Virus record (IMG/VR): IMGVR_UViG_3300002185_000031
Location: 1 to 64,000 of that record
Origin: a virus
Taxonomy: Duplodnaviria > Caudoviricetes
Strand: one strand, 5' to 3'
DNA: 64,000 nt
The notes under the pieces are model-generated. The model had not been told where the DNA came from, made no database searches, and saw nothing but the letters and a program-made list of their open reading frames with translations. Made by a program: the position numbers and the translations under genes. This document shows, in pieces, positions 26,767 to 37,334 of this stretch (its first letter is position 1; each line of letters begins with the position of its first letter).

Positions 26767-28841
26767 TGGTCGTTATTCTCATAACTAATATTTCCTCTCC
26801 AACCATTAAATTGATGTCCACCATGAAAACCAACAGACTGACTACCTGTAATGACGTTGGCATTGCCGCCCCACCAATTCATATGACCCTGCGAAAAAAC
26901 AGTAGAATGTCCACCAAGAACCATGCCTTCTAACCAAAAATTATTTACAGTGGTAACGACCCGAGTAACCATTCTAAAGCTAACATCACCGAACCCGCCT
27001 TCAACAAATAAAATTTCGTTGTTTAGAGGTCGTCTTATTAACGTTATGGGATTATTTCCCCATACATGCCCGTTAAAAAGTAATTCCGTACCAGCCCCAC
27101 TACCACCAGCCGCCAAAATCCACGGTGTCCAACTTGTGGCAAGATTGGTGCGCCTTGCTCTTTTCCATGTGAAAAACGGCGCAGATAAATTGTCAGAGAA
27201 TACTTCTAATTCCTGTATTATTCCTTGATTTGGCGTTTGTGTTACATTTAATATACGGCGCATATTTCCTGCTATTGGCAACGGCGGTCCATTAGCAACA
27301 ACTGACGCTTGCGCTATAGAATTCGTGCCGGCTTGAATTATAGCATTATAATCCGTTTGCGCAACATTTCCAGTCATTGAAAGTCGGCGTGTACCTCGTG
27401 CTATAGCATCATTATTGATTAATCCTCTAGTATTCCAGTTTTCCGCCCATGTAGTAGGCGGTGAACCAGCGGTATTTGCATTTGAGTTCAGCCAAAAACC
27501 CATATTATCAATCACTGTCGGCATGAAATCTCCATCAATGACTAATTGATGCTCTATTGGATTCCATTCGCTATCCCAATCGCTCTCTTCCCAGTTAATA
27601 GGAAAACGCCACTCAGGAAAGTTCCAACCACCAATGATTTCAAGTTTTAGTAAGACACCCCACGGCATACCAGCAGCCCAAAACGGACTTGAAGGGTCAG
27701 CAGTGTCACGGTCTACAGTAATAACCGCAAACATGTTGCGTAAGCTGGGCAGCCATCTTTCACTGCCAGCAGTTACAAGCGGATAAGTCGCAGAACCACG
27801 TATCAAATATCGCCCTGCTCTCACAGTTTGCCAACCATCCCGCATTGTGATTAATACTTGTGGAATAGACCAAGAGTTATCAACTATTATAGGGTTATTG
27901 AAATCAAGCCCTGCAACATCAATTTCTGCTATTCTGTCACGCACCCACGAAGTAGGCGCAACCCTTGTATCGTTGGCATTAGCGGGAACTTCACGATTCA
28001 CATATAAATTTTCTTGAATATGTACATTGTCATAAAATTCTGACACTTCATTTGTACGAAGTCCGCCATGTAAATTCAACATACCTGTAACAGTGCCGCC
28101 CGCAAGTGGCAGTCGTGTATTTATAGCTGTGTTTAAATCAGCCGTTGTTACAGCCCCGATATCGGCAGGAGATAAAACTCTTGAGGTCAAGTCGATAACA
28201 TGGCCTTGGTTATTGACAGTGACATTGCTATACACATTTGCGCCTGTCAAAGCTGTATTTCTTACCGTATGCACAGGGTGAACGTAATTATTTGCCCCAT
28301 CTTCCACGTTTAAAATAGTACGAGCCTGTCCTGCTGTTAAGTCTTGTGGATTACCACCTACCCCTGCATTACCTTTAATAGTATTAGCGGGCATATTGGC
28401 TAATTCTGCATTTGTAACGCTATCAGCTATCAAGTTAGCGGATATAGTGTTGCCATTAACAATAACCTGAATATGCGCCCCTGTTTGCCCCTGTAATACA
28501 GGTACAATACTTGACAGCGGCACTCTAAAAGAGGTGCCGCCAAAAGGTGTCATTACAAGGTCATTGCCGTCTAAATAAACATCTTCAAAAGCATTATAAA
28601 GAGGTACGTTTAAGGTAGTATTATCCCGCCTTGTAAATGATAGCATAGAGGTTGCTCCATCAAAAGTCGCTGACCGCAAATACTCCATAGCATCAAAATC
28701 ATCCGTTAAGTTGTCAAGGTCTTTTTGGATAGCGTCAACAATAGTATTTATTTGTCCTATTGCAGCTGTTGTCGCCGTGTCCTTGCGGTCAACATAGGCT
28801 TGAGTTGCCAATATTCCTGTAAAATTCTCTAAATTAGTCAT
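26727..28841 (-). CDS. Tail fibre / receptor-binding protein
   Basis: ANMPANTIKGN, NNYVHP, LPLAGGTVTG, RVAPTSWV fibre motifs. Confidence 0.75.
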   Translation of the reverse strand: MTNLENFTGILATQAYVDRKDTATTAAIGQINTIVDAIQKDLDNLTDDFDAMEYLRSATFDGATSMLSFTRRDNTTLNVPLYNAFEDVYLDGNDLVMTPFGGTSFRVPLSSIVPVLQGQTGAHIQVIVNGNTISANLIADSVTNAELANMPANTIKGNAGVGGNPQDLTAGQARTILNVEDGANNYVHPVHTVRNTALTGANVYSNVTVNNQGHVIDLTSRVLSPADIGAVTTADLNTAINTRLPLAGGTVTGMLNLHGGLRTNEVSEFYDNVHIQENLYVNREVPANANDTRVAPTSWVRDRIAEIDVAGLDFNNPIIVDNSWSIPQVLITMRDGWQTVRAGRYLIRGSATYPLVTAGSERWLPSLRNMFAVITVDRDTADPSSPFWAAGMPWGVLLKLEIIGGWNFPEWRFPINWEESDWDSEWNPIEHQLVIDGDFMPTVIDNMGFWLNSNANTAGSPPTTWAENWNTRGLINNDAIARGTRRLSMTGNVAQTDYNAIIQAGTNSIAQASVVANGPPLPIAGNMRRILNVTQTPNQGIIQELEVFSDNLSAPFFTWKRARRTNLATSWTPWILAAGGSGAGTELLFNGHVWGNNPITLIRRPLNNEILFVEGGFGDVSFRMVTRVVTTVNNFWLEGMVLGGHSTVFSQGHMNWWGGNANVITGSQSVGFHGGHQFNGWRGNISYENNDHWTTRITSLGGGT

Positions 28842-28853
28842 CTAATCACCGCC

Positions 28854-29126
28854 TCATTCTGCCACCGCAATAGCTTTTAGTTTGTCGATTGCCGTTTTCA
28901 TATCGTCAAGTTTATTAAGCAGTTCAGCATCAAGCACATCATAGACAAATTTTGTGTTTGCGGCGTTACTACTCTTATCATCATATGGCATTGTGGGAAC
29001 TACTGCGGATATTGCAACAGTTAGATTATCAATATTTAACGGGTCTGATATTTCTGTTAAACCAGTACCACCTTCTGGGAGTGCTTTACCATTTACAACT
29101 GTGTATCTTTGAAGCATATCAGCCAT
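28854..29126 (-). CDS. Small fibre-repeat protein
   Basis: VPTMPYDDKSSNAANTKFV fibre-repeat motif. Confidence 0.55.
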   Translation of the reverse strand: MADMLQRYTVVNGKALPEGGTGLTEISDPLNIDNLTVAISAVVPTMPYDDKSSNAANTKFVYDVLDAELLNKLDDMKTAIDKLKAIAVAE

Positions 29127-32002
29127 TACGGTGTCCCCCCTGTTCTGTACATGCCATCGTTGTCAACACGCCAATTTTGCGCCCAACTATGCTCACTATC
29201 ATTGAATGTAAAGTTATAAATCCCCTCTGGTTCAAGATATGACGCTTCATAGCCGCCAAGTTTTGAAAACACATCTGTAAACACATCAAAAAACATATCG
29301 GATAGCGGCTCGTTAATATCAATATTAAGTCCTAATTTATTTTGCCAATCTGGGTTAATAGTTCCGGGAAGCTGCATTGATATTTTTATCCCTGCATATC
29401 TAGGCCGTCCAGCCGCTTCATTTGCGGCTATTATCGGCAAAGCCCAAGGTGCATCAACCGTAATAAGATTAAACCAATGGTCATCACTTTCAGGATGTAT
29501 TTTTACTTCGTCCATTCTGTAAACATAGGTATATTGCTGTACACCGCCTGTAGGTAGTGGCAAACCGCCGCCTGTGCCTGTTGTAAGCACTGCAAAACTC
29601 ATGCCCTCATAAATGCCGAATGTTGGCAAATCTGCATCATCGGGTTTAGAAGTAAACACAGGGGTTATTGCTCTTATCGGATTAGTTTGTGTGCCTGCTC
29701 CTGTTGTACTCACGTCATCAGTATATACCGCAGATACTCCACCGTTGCCATTACTGCCAATGCTCTGCCATTCGCTCCAAACACCTTTCATTTTCCCACG
29801 ATATTCAAAAGTAATAGCATCATCAGGATAAGGCGAAATTAATTCGTCTGTATTATCATATATCAATACATTATTTGACAAAGCAAAGCAATAAGGCACA
29901 TAAGCGGAATTGCCTAATTGACTGTGCAAAATCATTGCCCAACCTGTCGGTTGAATAATATAAAAATGGTTTGGAGACCCACCAGCTATTTCATCGTTAA
30001 ATGGCGAACGTGTCCAATATGTTGAAGCTACATTGCTTTCATTACGCATGATGCGGCTTGCTTGGTCGGTGAACAAATCAAATGCCGCACCCTCTAACGG
30101 AGGTGTTCCACCAGACACATCTTCCGGCACATTTAATTCTGCCAAAGATGGGATAAATAGTCTTGTTAAAAGCCCGTCATCACCTTTACCAACTGTACCA
30201 TAAACAGGGTCTCGGCTTTCCAATACAGGTATACGTATTTCCTCAATTAGCGAACGCAACCCACGGGGAATAGTCATAATTGTACTTGTGTTTAATTCTT
30301 TGTGTAATTGGCTATTAGGCCATGTCCACCACGGTTCATTAAATGAGTTTACTGGACTTCTTAAAGGCGGCAATGGGTCACAAATAAAAAATGTAATGTC
30401 AGGATTGCCCCTATAATCAGCGTTTGGAAAGCCTTGATTTGCTATAGTATAAGTTCTGCCTTTATAGTATACCTTTGTGCCGATCGCTTTATCTTTCAAC
30501 TTTGTATATCCAGCAGGGGCAGGGTCATCGCTTAATTCATAATGATTAGGCTTTTGTACTACTGCCATTTGCCAGCCATTTTCTTTTTTATCGTCATAAT
30601 ACGCCGTATTAAATGTCGCCTTTGATTCAGGTGTGTAAGACGGCGGCGGATTTATTAGCATCTGCCCTTGTGTTACAATATCTGTACCCACTTCAAAATC
30701 ATGTGTATCTGCGCCGTATTTTTTTTCGGTTATACGATATAAGTCTGTACGCATTACATCTCTGTTTATATCATCCCATACAGACCATTTATCTGTGCGT
30801 ATCCAACCAGTCCATTGCTCCCAATCGTACATAATGTTAATGTATGTAAATGGGGTGAAAAATGAAAATGGATTGAATATTACAAGCGTCTGTATAACCA
30901 TAGGCTCAAAGCCATTAAAAACATGGTCAAAATGTTCTATTTTTAAAGAACGGCGTAAACTGTGTGGGTCGGCGGCAGCCGGAAATCCCACAGGCTCATC
31001 TGCGGGGGTAGAATCAAAGCGAACCAGTATTTTACCCGGCGTTTTGAAATCCGAATACCTATCTACCTTTGTATACCCATCATAATCAACACTAATCCCA
31101 CCATGCTCGTCAACCGTATGTGGGTATAAAGCCAAATCCTCATAATGTCTTGACATATGGGAAAAACTTGGGGCTTTATTATCAAGGTCAGGCTCATCAC
31201 CTTCATAAATTGGTGGGAAGCCGAATATATCTGTGCCGACTTTTGGAATGTCATCAATAGACTTTCCACTATCCACAACTTGCCCGTCTTCATCAAATAT
31301 TGCAATATTATCTTTATCAGCGGTTAGCACAAGTCTCATCGTATCATCTTGCAAATTCGCAACAGCCGTTTTTAAAGCTGCTATATCAGCCAAAATAGGC
31401 GCAAGATTGACATCGCCGCCTCCACCTAATTCTAAAGCCTCCACACGCAAAACAAGAGCATCTAATGCGGCTGGAAGAGCTTGCAAGAGCGTTATATCTG
31501 CCTCCATATCATTAATTAAGGCTTTTATATCAGATATATCATTTTCGATTGCCGTTAAATCAGGCGGCGTACCTCCCAAATCGAGATTGTTAATCGCATC
31601 CTCCAAATCTTCAATGGCATTTTTCAAAATCATAATGTTTTTCCTAGTTCTATCTTGAAAATAAGACGAAAAACCATTGATTATATTTGTACCCGCTGCC
31701 CAAGATTGCGCTGAGGTTCTGTTTTCAAAATTACGTATCACGCCTGTCAATGTAGTTGCTGTTTTACCACCATAATAGATAGTCTCTGAATGTTCGCCAT
31801 CATCGCTATATAGTGTCGCTACATTAGGGGCAGGCCACATGATATTAGCATTGACAACAGTTATAGTTGTGGTTGTGGCGGTTAAGTTCATAGTTATTTC
31901 TGTAATTATACTCTCTCTTGGAGCATCGTAAATATCGTAAATATTAGGCATTTCAATCCTCCTCAATCGTAACCAACTGCTTAATTGGTCTATCATAGCC
32001 AA
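29126..32002 (-). CDS. Large tail fibre/adhesin with internal DUF6273-like domain
   Basis: KLKDKAIGTKV..WPNSQLHKELN..RLFIPSLAEL..YWTRSP; coiled-coil N-terminal region. Confidence 0.7.
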   Translation of the reverse strand: MAMIDQLSSWLRLRRIEMPNIYDIYDAPRESIITEITMNLTATTTTITVVNANIMWPAPNVATLYSDDGEHSETIYYGGKTATTLTGVIRNFENRTSAQSWAAGTNIINGFSSYFQDRTRKNIMILKNAIEDLEDAINNLDLGGTPPDLTAIENDISDIKALINDMEADITLLQALPAALDALVLRVEALELGGGGDVNLAPILADIAALKTAVANLQDDTMRLVLTADKDNIAIFDEDGQVVDSGKSIDDIPKVGTDIFGFPPIYEGDEPDLDNKAPSFSHMSRHYEDLALYPHTVDEHGGISVDYDGYTKVDRYSDFKTPGKILVRFDSTPADEPVGFPAAADPHSLRRSLKIEHFDHVFNGFEPMVIQTLVIFNPFSFFTPFTYINIMYDWEQWTGWIRTDKWSVWDDINRDVMRTDLYRITEKKYGADTHDFEVGTDIVTQGQMLINPPPSYTPESKATFNTAYYDDKKENGWQMAVVQKPNHYELSDDPAPAGYTKLKDKAIGTKVYYKGRTYTIANQGFPNADYRGNPDITFFICDPLPPLRSPVNSFNEPWWTWPNSQLHKELNTSTIMTIPRGLRSLIEEIRIPVLESRDPVYGTVGKGDDGLLTRLFIPSLAELNVPEDVSGGTPPLEGAAFDLFTDQASRIMRNESNVASTYWTRSPFNDEIAGGSPNHFYIIQPTGWAMILHSQLGNSAYVPYCFALSNNVLIYDNTDELISPYPDDAITFEYRGKMKGVWSEWQSIGSNGNGGVSAVYTDDVSTTGAGTQTNPIRAITPVFTSKPDDADLPTFGIYEGMSFAVLTTGTGGGLPLPTGGVQQYTYVYRMDEVKIHPESDDHWFNLITVDAPWALPIIAANEAAGRPRYAGIKISMQLPGTINPDWQNKLGLNIDINEPLSDMFFDVFTDVFSKLGGYEASYLEPEGIYNFTFNDSEHSWAQNWRVDNDGMYRTGGTP

Positions 32003-32044
32003 TTGTAAAAGTCTTTTGAATAATCCCTGTCGGCGGCATGGGGG

Positions 32045-33556
32045 CTATTGTAGGTATATATATGGCACAACCTCAAAATGTAAATCACCCAAAACAGGCA
32101 GATAAAGCATTTCTTGATTTTGCTCTATTCTTATACGCCCACGCTCATTATTCACAAGGATATTTTCAAAATCTAAATCAACCAATAAGCGGGCATCTTG
32201 AAATCTTGCTCCTATAGTTGTACCGCTTACCAAAGTCCAGAAAGTATGTGTTTGAATTACCGCCTCAGCAGGGAAATAGCGAGATAAATCCATAATTCTA
32301 CTATCATTATGCTCTGCTGCCAATTGTTCAAATTTTTCAAGAATGTCCACATATGTATTAGAAATGCCCTCATTTACATAATAAGTGCGTTCCCATTCAT
32401 CAAAAACACTTTGGCGTGTTTCTCTAAAATATTCCTCTACTATTTCCTGCAAGCGTGTTTCGATTTGCCCTAGCTGCAAGTCAGATGTTAGAACTATGCG
32501 GAAAAATAAGTCTATTGGTAATTCTGTAGGCGTATCTACAGTAACTCTATGCCCTATAGGCGCAATACCTATCCCTGTATTCCCATTTGCCATACCGTTA
32601 GCTTTACCGCTTGCCCCTGCCCCGCTTTGATTTGCGGGGTCTAAAGATTCTTGCACATGAGCCGCAAAAGAAGCTGATACAGGGAGATTGCTTGTATCGG
32701 CAATGAATATTTTAACAGTTCCTTCACCCCGCCAAACAGGAAATACCGCAACTTCACCAACTCCATCAATAGCTTGCGTTTCAGCTATATATTGTGCCAC
32801 ATTACCGCCAAAAGCCCTACGGCGCAAAAAGCGCAAAAAACGGCGGCGGTATGCCTCGTCTGTTTCTCGATTTTGCCCCGGTTTGTACGCAATAGTATCA
32901 GTTATAACAGCCCTGCCGATACCACCGATAGGACTGGCAGGGGATAAGTCGCCGAAATAGGTATTACCTATATCTCCATAGCTCTCACATTGAAATAATA
33001 CATGTCCGTCTTTAGTTTGGTTTATGAAAAATACAATAGGCTCTGTTGTGTCACGTGTGATAAAGCGGCTGCCAAGTGGAAAGTCTGCCATTTGCCCCAT
33101 ATTGTCTAAAGTAAAGCCTTGTCTTATGGCTTGCGTTTCGCCAAATCTATGAAAATCATAATCTCGCCCCAAGTCATCAAGATTATTCCCCGTTGCAGTA
33201 TAAACAAATACCTGTTGCCGCATAATCCGAATCAATATAGTTAAATCATTAATAGCAATGCTGATAGGCATATATCGCTGAAAATCTGGCGAAGTCCAGC
33301 GACTGTCAAAAGGATTTTCAAGCGGCGTACCGTCCTCGTTGGTGTTTAGACGCTCAAACATTCTATAAACAATCTGACGGGCATCTGTGCGGGTGTCGCT
33401 TAAATCGCTTAAATCGGATAATAGAGTTGTTAAAAGGTCGTTAAATTGTCTATCGCCGTCATGTATTTTTATCTGTTCGAGAATATCATTTTTGAATAGC
33501 TCTAGCTCATGCCGCATTTGTTCACCGCTTTCTTTGCAATAAAAAGCCGCCTTCAC
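32045..33556 (-). CDS. Baseplate J-like protein (XkdT)
   Basis: ATGNNLDDLG, ETDEAYRRR, AFGGNVAQY..DGVGEVAVFPVWRGEGTVK, APIGHRVTV. Confidence 0.92.
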   Translation of the reverse strand: MKAAFYCKESGEQMRHELELFKNDILEQIKIHDGDRQFNDLLTTLLSDLSDLSDTRTDARQIVYRMFERLNTNEDGTPLENPFDSRWTSPDFQRYMPISIAINDLTILIRIMRQQVFVYTATGNNLDDLGRDYDFHRFGETQAIRQGFTLDNMGQMADFPLGSRFITRDTTEPIVFFINQTKDGHVLFQCESYGDIGNTYFGDLSPASPIGGIGRAVITDTIAYKPGQNRETDEAYRRRFLRFLRRRAFGGNVAQYIAETQAIDGVGEVAVFPVWRGEGTVKIFIADTSNLPVSASFAAHVQESLDPANQSGAGASGKANGMANGNTGIGIAPIGHRVTVDTPTELPIDLFFRIVLTSDLQLGQIETRLQEIVEEYFRETRQSVFDEWERTYYVNEGISNTYVDILEKFEQLAAEHNDSRIMDLSRYFPAEAVIQTHTFWTLVSGTTIGARFQDARLLVDLDFENILVNNERGRIRIEQNQEMLYLPVLGDLHFEVVPYIYLQ

Positions 33557-33566
33557 AGGCGGCTAG
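33541..33566 (-). terminator. Intrinsic terminator after the lipoprotein moron
   Basis: AGCCGCC-TGTGAA-GGCGGCT followed by a T run on the minus strand. Confidence 0.65.
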
Positions 33567-33616
33567 TAGAAGGATTGCAATGTGTCTTTTAATTAGTTGG
33601 GGTTAGGGTGTTGGTA

Positions 33617-34423
33617 TTATTGATTAATCATTTCAACGCCATCTAGCACAAGAGAAATCATAGTCATTGCACGTCCAAGCAATGCATCATCATCATCTTG
33701 GAAAATAAAACGTGCATGAAAATCAATGTTATCAGTAAATTCTCTGTTTTCTAGCATTGTTCTAACTCTTGCTATGGCCGCTGAAGTTGTAGCAAGCTCC
33801 AACATACGCTCAAATTCTGCCCTATCAAATGCTCGAATAGTTCCAACTATGCCGTATTCATCAGCATCTCGATAGCCAAAAATAGTATCGAGCATCATAT
33901 TATAATCAGGACTAAGCTCAACTCCTGTCAAAATAGGCAGCTGTTCATCGAGCACATCAAGCATCATGTTCACATATATGAAAAAAGTGCTGTAATCTCT
34001 CACATTACCCACTATTTCTCCGCGTGAAACAAGATCTCTCGTGAACATTTCAATAGTATAACGATTTTGATTATCCCAACTTACCGCATGAACCTCCATC
34101 GTAACTATATCAAGTGAGCCATTTTTAGTAAAAACAGTAAATTCTCTACTTGACAGAGTTGATACGGTATAAACCCTAAACGTATCTGCTAATATATGAT
34201 GCTCAACCACAAATCGCACATTGGTTATGAATCCAATGCCAACCTCATCAAGAGCATTTGATATTTCATTAGCAGCTACAACAGAGTATCCGAAACGCTC
34301 GTGGAAAGTACGAGCTACTTCTGATACTGGCTCAAGGTTTCTTGCGCATCCGGTCGCTATCACAGATAGAGCAAATATCGCAATGACAACAAACATACGA
34401 GCTACATTTGTAAAAATCTTCAT
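33617..34423 (-). CDS. Putative lipoprotein moron
   Basis: MKIFTNVARMFVVIAIFALSVIATG-C signal peptide and lipobox; GGAGA RBS. Confidence 0.7.
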   Translation of the reverse strand: MKIFTNVARMFVVIAIFALSVIATGCARNLEPVSEVARTFHERFGYSVVAANEISNALDEVGIGFITNVRFVVEHHILADTFRVYTVSTLSSREFTVFTKNGSLDIVTMEVHAVSWDNQNRYTIEMFTRDLVSRGEIVGNVRDYSTFFIYVNMMLDVLDEQLPILTGVELSPDYNMMLDTIFGYRDADEYGIVGTIRAFDRAEFERMLELATTSAAIARVRTMLENREFTDNIDFHARFIFQDDDDALLGRAMTMISLVLDGVEMINQ

Positions 34424-34453
34424 GAAAATCATCTCCAAAGTTTATTTTTTGTG

Positions 34454-34482
34454 TTGACAAATCAAACTTATGATGATATAAT
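34454..34482 (+). promoter_or_regulatory. Perfect SigA promoter, antisense to the RHH gene
   Basis: TTGACA-17-TATAAT with extended -10 TG. Confidence 0.8.
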
Positions 34483-34486
34483 GTAA

Positions 34487-34678
34487 TCAATCTCCTAAGT
34501 TTGATTCTTGGAAATGCTCATGAACTCCCATTACATGAGCATTTCTTTTTTTTTCGAGGTCTTTTAATATAATCTCAAGTAAATAGTCCTTTAGCGACTT
34601 ACCCTCAAGAACTGTTTGCATTTTGATTTGTTTAAAAGTTTCCTCGCTCACCCTAATACTCAAATAACGTTTAGACAC
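34487..34678 (-). CDS. CopG/Arc-like ribbon-helix-helix protein
   Basis: GTG start with GGGAGG RBS; KRYLSIRVSEETFKQIK..GKSLKDYLLEII. Confidence 0.75.
   Translation of the reverse strand: MSKRYLSIRVSEETFKQIKMQTVLEGKSLKDYLLEIILKDLEKKRNAHVMGVHEHFQESNLGD
34488..34554 (+). ncRNA. Predicted ~65-nt antisense sRNA
   Basis: Bounded by the perfect promoter and terminator GAAATGCTCATG-11nt-CATGAGCATTTC-T9. Confidence 0.6.
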
Positions 34679-34698
34679 GCTGCTCACCTCCCAAAAAC

Positions 34699-34727
34699 AG
34701 TATAGCGCACATGCGCACATTTGTCAA
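34699..34727 (-). promoter_or_regulatory. SigA promoter of the RHH moron with GCGCAC direct repeats in the spacer
   Basis: TTGACA-17-TATACT; GCGCAC at 34705 and 34713. Confidence 0.75.
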
Positions 34728-34746
34728 GAGGTTTTTTAAAATATTT

Positions 34747-35202
34747 TTAAAAATTTATTTGCGCTCTATTTTGCGCCAATGGTATCTCAAATTCCTCCGC
34801 AAAAGTGCCATAAATACTCTGCACTTCAAATTCAACCGCTGCCATGCCGAATTGAGGCTGCCATGTTCGCACTAGGATAACTCGCAATATGCGGTTATCT
34901 TGTAGTAAAGCATCTTGAAATACGCTCTCAACCTTAGTCTGAAAATATCCAAAAGACTTACCGATAAACTGTTCAAGCTCAATGCCCTCATTAGACAAGC
35001 ACCCAATCCATGAATAACGCTCTGTATTTACAATATGCCAAATAGCATTACGAACGGCAGATACTCCGTCAACTTCGCCATTTATGCGGCTTTCATCATC
35101 AAAAGATATAGCATCGACAACACGAATATAAGCAGGCGCACGTGATGGGCGGCGCACTGTTTGGATTGGCAAAGCTAAATCGTCTCTTAATCCTCTAATC
35201 AA
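34747..35202 (-). CDS. DUF2634/XkdS-like baseplate protein
   Basis: DGVSAVRNAIW..TERY..GIELEQFIG..LLQDNRI..VQSIYG. Confidence 0.85.
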   Translation of the reverse strand: MIRGLRDDLALPIQTVRRPSRAPAYIRVVDAISFDDESRINGEVDGVSAVRNAIWHIVNTERYSWIGCLSNEGIELEQFIGKSFGYFQTKVESVFQDALLQDNRILRVILVRTWQPQFGMAAVEFEVQSIYGTFAEEFEIPLAQNRAQINF

Positions 35203-37334
35203 CCCATCGCCCCCCTGTAATTCCGATTACCTCCATTGCGTAAATCATGATTCAATGCGCGCTGTAATCCCTCGGCAACATATGGGGCGGCATATTCTCC
35301 CGCTCTCTGTGCTATCCGCTCCCGCTCTACGTCTGATAGTTGATTTGCATATACCTGTTCATTTATGCCTCCCACATTTACAACAATCGGGGTGCTTGTA
35401 TAACTGCCCCCTGCTCCAAAATAGACATAACCTGCAACATCTTCTTTGAGGCGCATTATTTCCCCTCGTATTTCTTGGTTTGCAGGGTCTGATACAAGTA
35501 AAGCGTTACCTTGTGCGGTTCTGACAGTTCCGTATGGGCTTGCTGCTCTTTCTGCGGCTGAAAATGTTAGATTTCTTAGCTGGTCAATCTGCCGCCTTAT
35601 CCCCGCATATGCCTCTTCCGATACATCTTCGTGCATTTTCAATGCCGCCATGCGTGCCTCTACCAAATCCCATACGCTTTCTGTAGCTAAATCTGTTGTG
35701 CCAATAAAATGTTTTAAAGCACCTGTTTCAGCATCCCATACAGCAACCATATCTAACAAGGCATTTGCTTGCCTAACCCCCATAAGGTTTATTTGTGCCT
35801 GTGTCACGTCAAAAACTGCATCCTCAACATTGCGTAGTTCGCCATATTCATCGAAAAGAAATTGCAAATATTGAGGTGACATGTTCATTATAGAAGTGAA
35901 CTGGTCAAGAGTAACGCCATATTCGGTGTTCATTGCCTCAATGGCATTGCTTAGGTTGTAGTGTGCATCTCTTAGGCTTTCGGCGGCTGAATATATGTCT
36001 CGGTATGAGCGTAAGATATTACGGTTCATTTGCTCCTGCGCTCTTTCGATAGCATTTTGTCGGGCATCTCTTGCGTTCATTCTTTCCGTTTCTTCATCGT
36101 GATAATCATTGTTAATGGCGGCTAATCTTTCTCTTTGTATAGCTGTGAACAAAATGGCCTCATCAAGTTCACCAAATCTTTCTATCATTTCATCTAAAGT
36201 CGCAACTGTTTCCATGTGACTAGGAATAGTTGAATCACGCAACTCATTTGCATGTATTCTCATAGCCTCAATATTATCAAAAAATAAACTTCTTTCATCA
36301 AATGATGAAAAATGAATGCCTTCCTCAAGCGATGACAACATTCTTTCGGTTGCATCAATCATGTTTTCGGTTGATTGGAATACTACTTCACTAAGATTGC
36401 CGCTAAGAGAGGCTCTAAGTCGTTCCATAAATGTTGTTTGTGCTCTTTCAGTCTGAGTTAAAGCTCTAAAAGCCTCATGTTGTAGCTGCTCAATCCCCCT
36501 AGTTTCCTTCTCGAAGGATAATCTATCCAATGCTTGTATTTGACTTCCAAGCAGTTGATTTTCTCTTTCAAAACGACTAATGAGCGATTCACTCGCCCCA
36601 AGCTCATTCATACGCTCCATAAGGCGTATATTCTCAATCAAACTGCGCTCTAATCGTTCGCTTTCATTTGATAATCTTTCAGAACGGCTTAATAAATCAT
36701 CAGCACTAGGCACAACTACGCTATCAGTTTCACGAGAAAACACCTGCAAAGCTGAAACAACACCCATTATAGCGGTTGCGATTAAGGCAATCGGTCCCAA
36801 CGCCATTGTTAATTTTGTTGCAACAGGTACAGAAGCGTTCATAGCGTTTCGTAATTGCGTTACCGCTTGCACTGATTGACGTGCATGGTTTGGAATTTTC
36901 CCTAATTCGGCAACAGAGCCACCGAACACTTTAGTCAATTGCTGAACACCGCGGGCGGCATTTTGGGCTGTCCTGTCTATCTTTTTAACTTCTTTGTTGA
37001 ACTCTTCAACTTTTTCAGTCTTTTCTTCAATAGCCTCCGCCATCTCGGCTATGAGTTCAGTCGTTTCTCCCATTGCCTCTTGCATTATTTCAATCACTTC
37101 ATTGTGTTCTTGCGTTGCCTCGTTGGTTTCCTCTATTGTTTCGCTGATATTTTCAAAAGCCGATTGCATATCTCCAGCATATAAACCTAAAATTTCAATA
37201 GATTCAGCCGCATCCTCGGCGGCGGTGGATATACCCTCAAATATATTTATTGTATCCTTAATATTCTGTTGAATAGCCAAAAGGGCGGCAGACATTTCAT
37301 CTTCTAAGATTATTTTATTACGGATTTCAGCCAT
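35199..37334 (-). CDS. Tape measure protein
   Basis: Helical, Ala/Glu-rich with a hydrophobic segment; follows the tail chaperones. Confidence 0.8.
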   Translation of the reverse strand: MAEIRNKIILEDEMSAALLAIQQNIKDTINIFEGISTAAEDAAESIEILGLYAGDMQSAFENISETIEETNEATQEHNEVIEIMQEAMGETTELIAEMAEAIEEKTEKVEEFNKEVKKIDRTAQNAARGVQQLTKVFGGSVAELGKIPNHARQSVQAVTQLRNAMNASVPVATKLTMALGPIALIATAIMGVVSALQVFSRETDSVVVPSADDLLSRSERLSNESERLERSLIENIRLMERMNELGASESLISRFERENQLLGSQIQALDRLSFEKETRGIEQLQHEAFRALTQTERAQTTFMERLRASLSGNLSEVVFQSTENMIDATERMLSSLEEGIHFSSFDERSLFFDNIEAMRIHANELRDSTIPSHMETVATLDEMIERFGELDEAILFTAIQRERLAAINNDYHDEETERMNARDARQNAIERAQEQMNRNILRSYRDIYSAAESLRDAHYNLSNAIEAMNTEYGVTLDQFTSIMNMSPQYLQFLFDEYGELRNVEDAVFDVTQAQINLMGVRQANALLDMVAVWDAETGALKHFIGTTDLATESVWDLVEARMAALKMHEDVSEEAYAGIRRQIDQLRNLTFSAAERAASPYGTVRTAQGNALLVSDPANQEIRGEIMRLKEDVAGYVYFGAGGSYTSTPIVVNVGGINEQVYANQLSDVERERIAQRAGEYAAPYVAEGLQRALNHDLRNGGNRNYRGAMG

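Noticed and set aside
21726-32002. Diversity-generating retroelement or shufflon acting on tail fibres
   Set aside because: No reverse transcriptase, no TR/VR pair with adenine-specific mismatches, no invertase and no inverted crossover sites seen.
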